A DNA stretch of 63,739 bases, counting the filler, from Hausera hauseri (lineage: Eukaryota): the NCBI GenBank assembly GCA_046269625.1. It is 10 parts of 10 records of this genome, joined end to end, with 100 filler letters (N's around TTAATTAATTAA, not from the genome) between each part and the next. Parts side by side here need not be neighbours in the genome. Positions count along the whole stretch, not along the records: positions 11,624 to 16,200 come from JBJURY010521014.1; positions 16,301 to 24,075 come from JBJURY010904423.1; 8 more parts are not named here. One strand, 5' to 3'. The notes under the pieces were generated by a model that was not told the origin of the DNA, made no database searches, and saw only the letters and a list, made by a program, of their open reading frames with translations. Positions 11,524 through 22,284 of this stretch are shown here, piece after piece (within the stretch, counting starts at the first letter, position 1; each line of letters opens with the position of its first letter). A program made the translations under genes and the position numbers.

Positions 11524-11623
11524 NNNNNNNNNNNNNNNNNNNNNNNNNNNNNNNNNNNNNNNNNNNNTTAATTAATTAANNNNNNNNNNNNNNNNNNNNN
11601 NNNNNNNNNNNNNNNNNNNNNNN
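11524..11623. other. Artificial contig spacer; identical spacers at 16201-16300, 24076-24175, 28527-28626, 34669-34768, 38995-39094, 45324-45423, 50185-50284, 59652-59751
   Basis: 44 N + TTAATTAATTAA (stops in all six frames) + 44 N, repeated nine times. Confidence 0.99.
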
Positions 11624-12299
11624 ACACATGCTCTGTCTTTGCTTTTCCACTGATGAGGAGAAGAACAGACACATGGGAGGAGTCTAGCAGTTATATGGGG
11701 AACATGCACTCGAGAGGGGAGGGGGTGTTGCACACTTGACAGATAGCGGTCCTTACATCGTACACCACGTGCAGCCTACGGATGTCACTACCATTCAAAC
11801 TTAAAGGGCTCTTAAAAAAATACAGATCTACGAGATCAGTCTCCCTTCAAAGAGCCATTTACCTTTTCTCTACCGCTGTGAGTTGAGCAAACATTGGACT
11901 GAGTAGATGTATTGATCAGCTGAACTGATATTCAGCAGTATTGGCAAAACAGGATTTACACAATCTAGATGTTTAGCACTGCAGACATCCATTTGCATAG
12001 CAACATAGACGTCGTTTGATTGAGAAAACAGCAACAAAGTAAAGATTTTCTGTTCAAACCGTCTGGCGAGACGTAAAGGACAACCAGCGCCGATACTTTA
12101 ATCAAAGTATCTGTTAGCCCTGAGCGACTAATGATGCCGGTTCGGTGCTGATTAATGATTACTCTTGTATGTCTGGTATTACGCTCTTTCTTTTCTGGCG
12201 ACGTCGTTCTTCACTTACAGTTTACCCATTCTAGTCAAAGAAGCTAAATCCCATTTCTGGACCTCTTCCAACCTGCCAATATCAACCCAATCCACCCCG

Positions 12300-12540
12300 T
12301 TCATTCTTACAGGGCCTTCTGGTCAACTAGCCAATTTGGCTGCTTGTTCATTTGCTTGAACGCCGGCGTATCCATGTACGAAGATAAATTTACGGACAAA
12401 TGTTGACTTCTGTAGTAACCTAAACCGTCGTCCACTAATTGAAGCTGTTATTTCAGTCATACTATATCATTTCAGTCATACTATACGGGTATAGTATATA
12501 AACTCTTCAAGCATACGATATGAGTCACTATAGTGACGCG
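12300..12540 (-). mobile_element. Degenerate RNase H remnant, probably from a non-LTR retrotransposon
   Basis: Minus-strand FIFVHGYAGVQANEQAAKLA resembles the RNase H C-terminal motif (WVPGHAGV.GNE.AD.LA). An SDS-like motif lies upstream. Confidence 0.55.
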
Positions 12541-13129
12541 TGGAGCTGAGCCCTTATGGTCCCGTCTGATGAGCAATGCTTATGGCCCTAACTCACAGGC
12601 AAAACTTGTAACCTGTACAAGACGTCCCTGCACTTTCGGTTTTTTAATTTGTTATACTTTAATAAATAATTTAATAATAATTAATCCGATATAATTAATT
12701 ATAAAACAAAATAATTAGTAAAGCGGGTATTTTTGCGGTAGCAAATTTATGTCCTAACTATATGTGACAAGTAAATATACGCAATTTAAATAAATTTAAA
12801 TTTAACAAAAAAATCGATTCAATAATCCCAAAAATGTCTTCATCTTTAGTCCACACAACAACACAAAGAAACTCAAACTGAACAAATTTCCCCGTACCGA
12901 TTAAAAAATCAGAAATAATTTAAATAAATTATAGCCCAAATTTCGCTGTCTGTTTCCTTCAATCAAACTCCAAAAAATTTCTCCATCCATTTCAACGAAG
13001 ACTGAGAATTGATTATAAATTATTAACGAATATTGATCATCAATCCAGCAATTAAAGTTATTTGCATAATAATTCGCTAATTATAACAATAAATATGAAA
13101 GCGATAATAAATAGTTTTATTTTCATCAC

Positions 13130-13130
<1 letters not shown>

Positions 13131-13160
<30 letters not shown>
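13131..13160 (+). repeat. (AAT)n microsatellite
   Basis: Direct reading of an aataataat run. Confidence 0.9.
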
Positions 13161-13161
<1 letters not shown>

Positions 13162-14001
13162 TCGAATTCATTCAAATAACCCGTTATTTTCATGAGATAT
13201 CAATTATAATACGCCTGTATAAACAAAACTCCAAACTCACGACGACAAACAATGAAATAATTATATAATGATTAAATGTGTAACAATCAATTAATCACAC
13301 ACTACTACAATGTGACTAATTTCACACTCACCGTGTCCTGATGAGTAATTTAAATTATTTCAAATAGTTGGGTATTTCAGCATTGGACATTACTGTTGAT
13401 AAAAATCTAATATATCATATTGATGTCTTCTATTATCATACATTCTAATATAGCAGTTTATCATCGATTATAAATTTATAATGACTATTTTGAAATACTT
13501 AATTTATCATCAATAATTAACGTCAGTTTTCTACAACATTTACGTGGAATTTTACGAATAAAAACAATCCGTACATGATACAGTATTTTCAGATATTTGA
13601 GATGGCATAAACAGTAGCCACAGAACTGAACCAAATAAACATCAGTTGTGGACTATGGAATCGTTACAGACGACAGTCTGTATTCACGTACACACATTCA
13701 CACACTTTAGTTCCGATTGAAAATATCACGTGCAACAGAAATATTAAAACAAATCATGGAATTTATTTTGGAACGTCCGCAGCTTTTTACCATGATAGTG
13801 GATGGAAATGTAAAAATGCAATCCGTTGGGAGAATAATGCGACACTTATGCATCATCTCCACAAACATGCTTTTTCAATCTTTTAAGAAGTATGGGGCTT
13901 TGCCACTCGCTTCCCAATAAAACAATGGAGAAAAAACCGAAATCCGTTCAGAAATGGCTTTGAAAATTCTCACAAAAAAGCTAACAACTGAACTTATAAT
14001 A

Positions 14002-14589
14002 AAACGAATTTTTGTGTAAATATGGGGTTTTTACAATAATTAGCAAAGTATAATGTTGATTAATAATATGAAAATACTTTTTGCCGGGAAAACCAAAATA
14101 ACGCATTGTTTAAAGCTAATAAATTTTGACTACGCACATGACTGATCACAGACTATATTCGATGATATTTTTTATTTCGTCAGAACAAGAAGAAAATCGA
14201 ATATTAAAAGAATATTAACTCAAGAAGAATGAAAATGTAGTCCTAAACAGTGGGCGACATTTGAACAAGTGCCAAATGATGTTACACTTAAAGGATCCAA
14301 ATGTGTTATTTTAGCTTTCTTGGCAAAAAGTATTTTCATATTATTACTCATCATTATATTTTGCATGTCTCTCTGTTTATTTGTTATAAAAATGACCCAT
14401 ATTTACAGTAAAATCCCTCATTTATGGTACTTGTACAATATTTTTCACCTTCATTGAATTATAAAATTTAACAAATTCCACAAAAGAAATGTTCAACAAT
14501 TTTCGCATATTATTAATCATCATTATATTTTGTACGTCTCTCTGACTATTTGTTATAAAAATGACCCATATTTACAGTAAAATTCGTTT
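14002..14589. repeat. Three partial copies of the MITE-like family seen at 17122-17400
   Basis: Shared motif TTTGTTATAAAAA...TTTACAGTAAAAT at ~14300-14415 and ~14503-14589, and a reversed copy at ~14002-14115. Confidence 0.7.
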
Positions 14590-15689
14590 TCTTGTAAGAT
14601 ACTTAAAACATAGACGAAATTTGTGCAATATTGTGTAACATTGGACTCAACAAGGTGTAAATGACACAATTTTCAAACCAATCACGCTACCATTCATACC
14701 AAGAAAATCTCGATGTATGTGCTCTACGTAGAAAAAGTCTCATTTATCATCATTATCATTGCCAGAATCGGAATGATAGAAAACAACTGTTGCAACACAG
14801 TTAAGTAAGTTATTCGGCTTCCTTACATGAATTCAGAAAGATCAGCAGTAGACATGCCTGATAAATTAATGATTTACGATTTATTTATTTATTTGAATAA
14901 CCCGTCGAGTATGTGAACCGATTTCAAAACTCATCAACATTCAACTATGATGATTGCAAAGTTCATATTTCATATTCGAATAAAGACGGCTCACTTTACA
15001 TTTTCCGTAATCGGGGTTAAATTCATCATTTTTTTTCTGGCTTCTAAAACAGCAACTAGTGACGCCGCAGAGATTGCAAGATATGTGTACAAAATGCGAT
15101 GAATGATATTTGTCCATATAAGACTCCAATGTTCGGTAAACGATATTCGGTAGTTACTTAACATGATTGTGACTTTTTGTAACAAATACTTTCGACTGGC
15201 TACTCGGCGGTTTTCAACAAGCGAATCGGTTTTTTGTAACAATAATTTCTTAGATTAACGAAAATATTTGACAAAAATAAAGATATAGAAAGTGCGACAA
15301 AAGATTGAAAATTATAGGCTTCTGTTAATGACAGAGATTTTAGGGTAATTAACGGCTTTTTATGACAAATAGTCGAACGAGTACAACATACTATGCTGAT
15401 TGATAATTTGATAAAATAACACAATTGGAACTTTTAAATGTAACATAAATTTAGCACTTGTTCAACTTCCCCCAATGTGTATAAGGATTTTGAACTTGGA
15501 TAAAATTTTCTTCCATTTTATTCGATCCCGTGTTTTATATTCAATTTATAATATTTTCTCGATATTCTGGCTACTTGTATTGGTAGAAGAAGCAATTAAT
15601 CATTAAACCAATATATTTTAGTTTAGTAGAAGTTAAACAAAGCACAAAACCGAACAATACTGACAGACTATCTAAAATTAAACTACAGC

Positions 15690-15880
15690 CGATTCTGTGT
15701 ATGTCTACCTCTAAAACTTTTTGAACATCTTCAGATATTTTAAACTGCTCTGTTTATAAGATCATTTTCAACGATTTTCATTAAGGAATCTCAGACTTTA
15801 TCACTTAACTTCTGTGGTCTTCCTGATCGAGAATTATTTTCAATAGTTTAAGTCAAATTTAAATGTATGTAGACTTTCTT
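15690..15880 (-). mobile_element. Tc1-like transposase N-terminal remnant
   Basis: Minus-strand TIENNSRSGRPQKLSDK carries the GRP linker motif of Tc1 transposases, followed by stops. Confidence 0.45.
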
Positions 15881-16619
15881 GTATGACTGCAAAGCAAGAA
15901 ATCCACTTGAAAATAATCATAAAAATTAGTAACATATTTTATTTAAACAGATAAGATTTAAATTCGATTTAATTGATTATAATCAATGAAAATAATCAAT
16001 ATTAGATATTTCAAAGTATGAATCATACAGAAATATAAATTCTCTATAAATAGCGAACAGAGCAGTTAAAAATTAAAAATTAAAAAATAAATTTATGATA
16101 TAAAATTTTAAAATATGTAAATCAAGGTTGTAATTCAACGAGTCGGTGACGGAGTATTATCGACAACATACTGATCGTCAAAAAATTCAAGGAAACCTAA
16201 NNNNNNNNNNNNNNNNNNNNNNNNNNNNNNNNNNNNNNNNNNNNTTAATTAATTAANNNNNNNNNNNNNNNNNNNNNNNNNNNNNNNNNNNNNNNNNNNN
16301 ATGTGTTTAATTGCTTGTTAGGGTACTAATTACTGGAAATTATTTAATCGTTCATTCCCACCTAGACCAGACGTTATTCTTGACCACGGTCTTCTGAAAT
16401 GTCCAAGAATATCAAGCCTTTGTGAAATAATTACAGCAGCAAGTGAAAAAATTATTTCGAGATATATAACGTGTGATGATGTTCCCTTCTTCATAATACT
16501 AGTCGAACTAATTGCGAAGCATTTCCCAAATAGTCCCATAATTTTCAAAACCAGTATTACTTGTTGATCGTCGTGATGTAAGGGTCCATTACTGGACTGA
16601 TTCTCCTTCAAGTCAGACT

Positions 16620-17645
16620 TCGTGTCAGTCTGCATCTATCTAAACACACAATGCTATTTGCTTTATTTACCTGCCTTTCTTGAAGTACACGCATTATTTG
16701 TTTTAATTCTTGTTCCATTTTAATTCGTTCACGTTCTTTCATATCAATTCGTCGTATGACATCCTCTATTCTTGCTTCGGTTTTGGTCTAAAATTGAAAA
16801 TATGAAACAAAACCGGTTTTAAAGAAATCGCGAATAATCAGACTTGCTTCTTTTCAAAATCAAGTAATTTCTGATGGATCATTTTCATTTCTTCCTAAAA
16901 TTGAAATACTTATTTATCAACATTTGAATTGGAATTACTCGGGACTGTTGTAAATCTTCATTAATCCTCACTGATTTCCTTTGATTTTCATTACTTTCAC
17001 CACGTAGTTTCATTTCATTGACGTACTGTGTTTCCTACAAACATTGACAGGTGATGAATACATCCACACTCGAATTAAATAATAAGATACCTGGATTTTA
17101 TTTTTACTAACTTTGAATATTAAACGAATTTTACTGTAAATCGTGGTTTTTATAACAAATAGTCAGACAGACGTGTAAAATATAATGCTGATTTGAGAAA
17201 AGTAAAAAGTTCTAAATTCCTAAATGTACTGGGGGGAGGGTATTTGAATAAGTGCTAAATGCTGTTACAATTAAAGTCTCAAAATGCGTTATTTTGCGTT
17301 TCTCGGTAAAACTTTTTTTCACGTTATTAATCAGCATTATATTTCCCATGTCTCGCTGACAGTTTGTTATGAAAACTCAGGTTTACAGTAAAATTCGTTT
17401 CTTTGTGAGAAAAATGGAAATTTTTGTTGTTCTAAATAATTATTTTAAATAGGTTAGGTCATTGCACATTGACTTTTACAAAATACTTTTTAACAATGCC
17501 TTTCCATCCGATTAAAGAACTTGCTTTTATTATCGGCCAGGCGTTCGGAATTGTTTTCATTGGGGTAAGTTTTATTCGGTTTCGGATATGTAAAATTTGT
17601 CCAATGTGTTTCGTCCCATTCCGAAAATGAAATTTTCTTCATAAC
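16620..17645 (-). CDS. 3' exons of a spliced gene with a coiled-coil C-terminus (identity unknown)
   Basis: GT-AG introns of about 30-60 nt join ETQYVNEMKLRG...QQSR, EEMKMIHQKLLDFEKKQ and TKTEARIEDVIRRIDMKERERIKMEQELKQIMRVLQERQ in frame. The upstream extent is less certain. Confidence 0.6.
17122..17400. mobile_element. MITE-like element with ~70-bp imperfect terminal inverted repeats
   Basis: Left end AAACGAATTTTACTGTAAA...TATAATGCTGATT is the reverse complement of right end AATCAGCATTATA...TTTACAGTAAAATTCGTTT. Confidence 0.8.
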
Positions 17646-18459
17646 CATGTAATTTAAAAATCTTTAATAATTAATTCAGATCATGAGTTACGCTTTTGAA
17701 ATTTGAATGTATTCTATTCGATTTAAAACCGAATATGGTAGGAAACCTACCGAAATATGTATTTGCAAATAGAGTTCAACTTTATATATATCCTCCTGAG
17801 ACCCATGTCCACAAATGTGGATCCTTGGTTTAAATTGCTTTAAAATTATTTGCATTGCATTTAGAAAACTTAAGCTTACTGCACTCGAATGAGGACAAAT
17901 TATTCTTTAAATCATGTCGTCCGTTCACGTTCTAGGTTCTTTATAATTTTTGTAAACAAAGTAGAAAGTTTTGTGAAAATTTTTTATTTATTTGAAAACA
18001 CTGGCTTTGATCGCACAGCAGAAAAGTAAGTTTCTCTGTTAAACTCATTTTTATGAATTGCTATTGAGTGTAGATTTAATTTTAAGGGCAAATGTAACGA
18101 ATGACATTAACTTAATTGTTATTACTGCAATTATTAGATATCATTAAGTAATATAATTTATTAACTATTAACTATTAGTAGTAGTCTATGTATTGTTTTT
18201 AAGATTTCTCTTTGCTGAAAATATCATATAAAACTCAAATCTGAGGGTTTAAATGTGTTTAATTTAATTGTATGTGATGCTGTATTGCTTTATTGAAGGA
18301 AATAAAAAATTGTGTTTAATTAGCTACAACTTCTCTGCAAGTTGTGCTTCAAAATTTTACTTTTAAGAAGAATAACGCTGAATACTAATATATATAATTT
18401 TATCAAAACTTTAAAATCCAAAAAAAACAAGTGACAAAAAAAATCAACAAAAAATAACT

Positions 18460-18839
18460 TGATAACACTTACGAGCAAAGTAACAAACGATTCCTGTAGA
18501 TCTTTCCAATATCAATATCAGACAAATACTTCAATAAATTTCTATTTAGAAATTTCTCCCGAAGTACAACAAATAATCAATAAGTTTCCTTCTAGTAACA
18601 GAAATAATAAAAATAGAAATTCAGCCACGATTTTTCGTCAGTTAGTAAAATAACTGCTGTTATAACCAATTCAATTAAACTAATTTCATTTCAGTATTTA
18701 TAGTTATTTTTTACAAGATAAATTTAGCGCCGGCGCGAGTAGAAATTGTCAATTAATTTTGATTCAGCCGCGCGCGCTGATTTTAAAACTTAATGCTAGA
18801 CTAGTGCATCTAGTCTAGACAATAGTCATTTTATCAACA
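18460..18839 (-). repeat. Candidate 3' LTR
   Basis: Starts TGTTGATAA right after the purine tract AAGGGTCGGGGAA (18840-18852). TATAAATA near 18695; ends ...GTTATCA at about 18460. No second LTR is available to confirm it. Confidence 0.6.
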
Positions 18840-18999
18840 TTCCCCGACCCTTAAGGGATTAATACAAAAACGAAAAAAATGAAAATAATATTTACATAAC
18901 TAATAAATGAGTCTAATAACTAAAGATGAAAAATAATAAAAATGAAGAATACAATAGATACAAGATAAGAAAATAGCATGCAAGAGTAATCACAATTTT

Positions 19000-19797
19000 T
19001 CAACAGTCTAAGTTTACAATGTTCCTGATATCATTTTCTATTCGAAATGTCAAAGTCTGGTCTGCATCTGGTCTCTTTTTTGACGGTATTCGTTCAATTG
19101 GAATTAGGACTGGTTTTTGATACTTCATTAGGAGGATATATATTAATTTTCCACTTTTGTGATCATCCTTCAATTTTGATATGACCGATTTGTTTTTCAA
19201 TTGTACAGGTAGCTTGACGTTGAATTCTGCGCCTAATCTTATGGGTAATCGGTATAGCTTTTCATAATCATCGAAGAGGTAAAACATCTTTATATCACTT
19301 GAACGTTCAAATATAAAACCAATCACTTCGTTATTGTAGGTGTCCCATGATTGTAAACTGATTTTGGGTATAACTTGATCTATATAGAGAGGGGGTTCAA
19401 CGGAATCTATCACTACGGGAAAACTAAAGTTTCTCGTGTATATAAGTATTCCGTAAGGGAACGTGAATGTTTCAACCGTAGTCAATCCTTTTATAATCCT
19501 TTCGGTGAATTTTATAAAATCGGTTGTCTCTGTTTGAATTGCACAAGATACTTTTTGAATATCTTTATTATTCCAATCATGATTTGATGCATTTTCATCT
19601 TCTTCACTCGCAAGCTGATCTTCCATCTGTAAATTCTTATCTTCATCGGCAATGATATCTGAGATTTCTGATATAGAGGGAGTTTTCAATTCTTCCATTA
19701 TTTCATCTACAATAGCCTCTGTGTTCTGATTAGTTCCTCCGGTTGAATGATAGATCCATGCAAAATCCGACAGGTATTTTTCTCTATTGTAAAACAA
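19000..19797 (-). CDS. Unknown accessory ORF (265 aa), possibly a frameshifted continuation of 19707..20855
   Basis: Long open frame inside the element, with an acidic linker followed by a globular-looking region. Confidence 0.6.
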   Translation of the reverse strand: MFYNREKYLSDFAWIYHSTGGTNQNTEAIVDEIMEELKTPSISEISDIIADEDKNLQMEDQLASEEDENASNHDWNNKDIQKVSCAIQTETTDFIKFTERIIKGLTTVETFTFPYGILIYTRNFSFPVVIDSVEPPLYIDQVIPKISLQSWDTYNNEVIGFIFERSSDIKMFYLFDDYEKLYRLPIRLGAEFNVKLPVQLKNKSVISKLKDDHKSGKLIYILLMKYQKPVLIPIERIPSKKRPDADQTLTFRIENDIRNIVNLDC

Positions 19798-20855
19798 CTC
19801 CCCGGATCAACTACATTATTAAATGTTTCCTGCGGTGTCCATGATACCTGGAAAGGGTTTGTTACCAACTGAAAAACGTCCATAGTGAGTTTCAATTTGC
19901 CGTGGTCGTCTTGCGCATAACCTTGACCATTTTTAAATCCAGGTAATTTCAAAAGAGTACTGATATTTACTAACGTTAGTTGTTGGAACGTGCGTCCAGT
20001 AATTTCTTCGTGTTTCAGTAAGTCTACCACTCCAGCAAGATAATTGAAAGGAATATCGAAAACCTCTATCATCCTGTGGGTTTCTAATCCGATTACCACC
20101 GTTCCAAGCAACCAGTTAATCATTTCTTTTGTGACATCAAATATGTCTTGTATATGATAAGCGATATATTCTGGTAATATGCCATGCCGTATTGAGTTGA
20201 CGTTATGTAACTTCTTCCTGTTAGCTACAATTGCTTTGTATAATATAGCACCTCTTTTGTTGGCAATAATGACGTGAATGGGTAGAGGGCTATTATCTTG
20301 CATATAACCTGTGGATACAGTTAATATTCTGATGGTATTGCTCTGACAAGTATTTATAAAATTGACCTTGGTTTGTATTATTGTCTCCGGCGGGTTATGT
20401 GCTAAGACCATAGGTCTTGGCAAATACAAATGTTTTTCCGGCAGAAGACATTCGATTATCATAATTATTGGAAGGTACAATGGTCTGACTTGGATCAAAT
20501 CAATACTCATAGGGGTATTGATAAAATAAGTTTCTTCTTCGCAAATCGAGTTTGTGATTGCATCAGAATATCGACTTTCATTTCTTGTTTTTAAACAAAT
20601 CATTCCTCTGGCCACGTGTATTACTATCCCATCAATAGCATCTGTTTTAGCCATATATTGTTTTAATTCAAATTGCTGAGATTCATGAATTGTATATATA
20701 CCAAAATTCCTATTCATGGTTATTTCGTGCTTTAATTGGTTGGGGATACGAACCACATTTAAAGCTATGAAACACTCAGTTTTCACCATTTGTCTTCTGA
20801 TGTTGTTATAAAAGGTTTTTGACAAGGTTTTATTAAAACTACTTCTTGAAACCAT
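19707..20855 (-). CDS. Accessory ORF with a C-terminal REX4/ISG20-like (DEDDh fold) domain lacking catalytic acids
   Basis: HVIIANKRGAILYKAIV...HGI...FDVTKEMINWLLGTVVIGL...LTLVNIS..L follows the REX4 pattern VSIVN..G.VLYD..V...SGI...F..V..EV..LL.G.ILVGH. Domain at about 19863-20333. Confidence 0.6.
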   Translation of the reverse strand: MVSRSSFNKTLSKTFYNNIRRQMVKTECFIALNVVRIPNQLKHEITMNRNFGIYTIHESQQFELKQYMAKTDAIDGIVIHVARGMICLKTRNESRYSDAITNSICEEETYFINTPMSIDLIQVRPLYLPIIMIIECLLPEKHLYLPRPMVLAHNPPETIIQTKVNFINTCQSNTIRILTVSTGYMQDNSPLPIHVIIANKRGAILYKAIVANRKKLHNVNSIRHGILPEYIAYHIQDIFDVTKEMINWLLGTVVIGLETHRMIEVFDIPFNYLAGVVDLLKHEEITGRTFQQLTLVNISTLLKLPGFKNGQGYAQDDHGKLKLTMDVFQLVTNPFQVSWTPQETFNNVVDPGSCFTIEKNTCRILHGSIIQPEELIRTQRLL

Positions 20856-22173
20856 AATTCTGAACTAACGTTTGAAAATCTAATTGATCTGCGTGGTATT
20901 GAGGATGTAGTTTTGAATACAATAAGTTTGATTCTATTTGTGAATCGTTTCTCGTCATTTTTGGGTTTTGGCGTTTCATTTTGAATTTCTGTTGATTGAA
21001 TTGATAGAGGACTGAAAATAAATTAAATTCATTTAAATACTCACCTTTGTAGCTTTGTATACAACATACAACCAATGAGCATGTTAGAAGTTCAACTATT
21101 TGTGGGGACGCATGTAGTGTGTGCGATGATTGCTCGTGTAGATGACTAATTTGCAATCGCCATCTTGAAATTAGTGGGCAGTGACACGTGTTAGTGTCAG
21201 TATGACTGTGTCTGACTATTTTTGGAATAATTAAAGTGCCTATAGCCAACGTAAGCAACAAAGCTATACTTAATACAATGATTAACAAAGCACATATAGT
21301 AATACTTAGCTCAACATTATCAATTTTTGGTCTCATAGTCCGAGATTCGTTTCTACTATCTTTTTTATTATAACTAAATTTAACTACATTATTTATTTTC
21401 TGTAATGTTTTAACATAAATTTCTGAATAGTAGGTACAGTTCTTTACTACTACTAAATATTTAGTATCTGAGCTTAATCCTATGCAATAGGCATATTTTT
21501 GTTTTCTTTCAAAAATAATTCTCTGTTTATGGTGTTGGTTTATACAAGTTATACTAACCCATGCATTCCGAGTATTCGTTTGATGATTCCAAGCGAACTC
21601 TATTCTATCTTGTTTAGGATAAGTTAGTACAAACAAGTTATCCGTAATTTCTATGTCATTATACTTAGCCATCTTTTTATACTCCTTATAGGGTATGTTG
21701 CATATATTTTGTTCGGTCATGAAAGTAGTATCATACACAGAATCATTAATTTTAAATGGTATTAGACATTTAATGCTAGATTTAACTGTCAAATGTAAAT
21801 CCCATCTCTTTTCTTTATTGATCTTAAAAATTAGTGCTAGTAGGGAGAATGGTTGATTTATAACCAATAAAAGACAGGTTAAAATATTGTCTTTATATAG
21901 ATCCGCGAAAGCTAATTTGTCTTTATAAGAAATCACTATTTGTACTATGTTGCTAGTAGGTCTCTTTTTAAATCTTATACAACCTTTTTCAAAGTTTGGT
22001 CCTAACACTTGCATTTCTTTGTTAAATATCTCGTCACCAGATGTATGATTTTGATTCTGTTTTATTAGTTGCACCATTGATTCATAGGGGATGTTAAATT
22101 GACCATAACTCATATGAGTGCATGATAACCAAATAGTAAATACACAAATCATAGTTAGCAGATTGGTGGACAA
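20839..22173 (-). CDS. Type I membrane protein-like extension of Pol: hydrophobic signal-like segment, FN3-like domain, TM helix
   Basis: LLTMICVFTIWLSC, then IEFAW...IGLSSDTKYLVVV...YVKT (FN3 Trp and Tyr-corner pattern, ~21403-21642), then LSITICALLIIVLSIALLLTLAIGTLII (~21223-21309). Same frame as integrase. Confidence 0.7.
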   Translation of the reverse strand: MSTNLLTMICVFTIWLSCTHMSYGQFNIPYESMVQLIKQNQNHTSGDEIFNKEMQVLGPNFEKGCIRFKKRPTSNIVQIVISYKDKLAFADLYKDNILTCLLLVINQPFSLLALIFKINKEKRWDLHLTVKSSIKCLIPFKINDSVYDTTFMTEQNICNIPYKEYKKMAKYNDIEITDNLFVLTYPKQDRIEFAWNHQTNTRNAWVSITCINQHHKQRIIFERKQKYAYCIGLSSDTKYLVVVKNCTYYSEIYVKTLQKINNVVKFSYNKKDSRNESRTMRPKIDNVELSITICALLIIVLSIALLLTLAIGTLIIPKIVRHSHTDTNTCHCPLISRWRLQISHLHEQSSHTLHASPQIVELLTCSLVVCCIQSYKGEYLNEFNLFSVLYQFNQQKFKMKRQNPKMTRNDSQIESNLLYSKLHPQYHADQLDFQTLVQNYGFKK

Positions 22174-22284
22174 TAACTTTGGTGATGTAAACCCGAATTT
22201 TCCAGTATACGATTTTGGAGCCTTTGTTACATTTTATATGGAAACATTCTCTATTTTTCCAGGAGACTTTTCTATGAACAGGGT

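Noticed and set aside
11524-11623. Regularly recurring TTAATTAATTAA palindrome flanked by N
   Set aside because: Artificial six-frame-stop linker between contigs. It is not a biological repeat or CRISPR, and adjacency across it carries no information.
12566-12625. CTGATGAG hammerhead-like start
   Set aside because: The GAAA box reads AAAA and stem II is poor.
13334-13389. CTGATGAG with a short hairpin and TGTCC/GGACA pairing
   Set aside because: No GAAA box; at most a decayed ribozyme.
13560-15250. Exon-like fragments in C2
   Set aside because: I could not build a consistent spliced frame or recognise a domain.
18797-18819. Perfect 9-bp hairpin CTAGACTAG-tgcat-CTAGTCTAG in the candidate LTR
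   Set aside because: A single short palindrome with no second LTR to show conservation.
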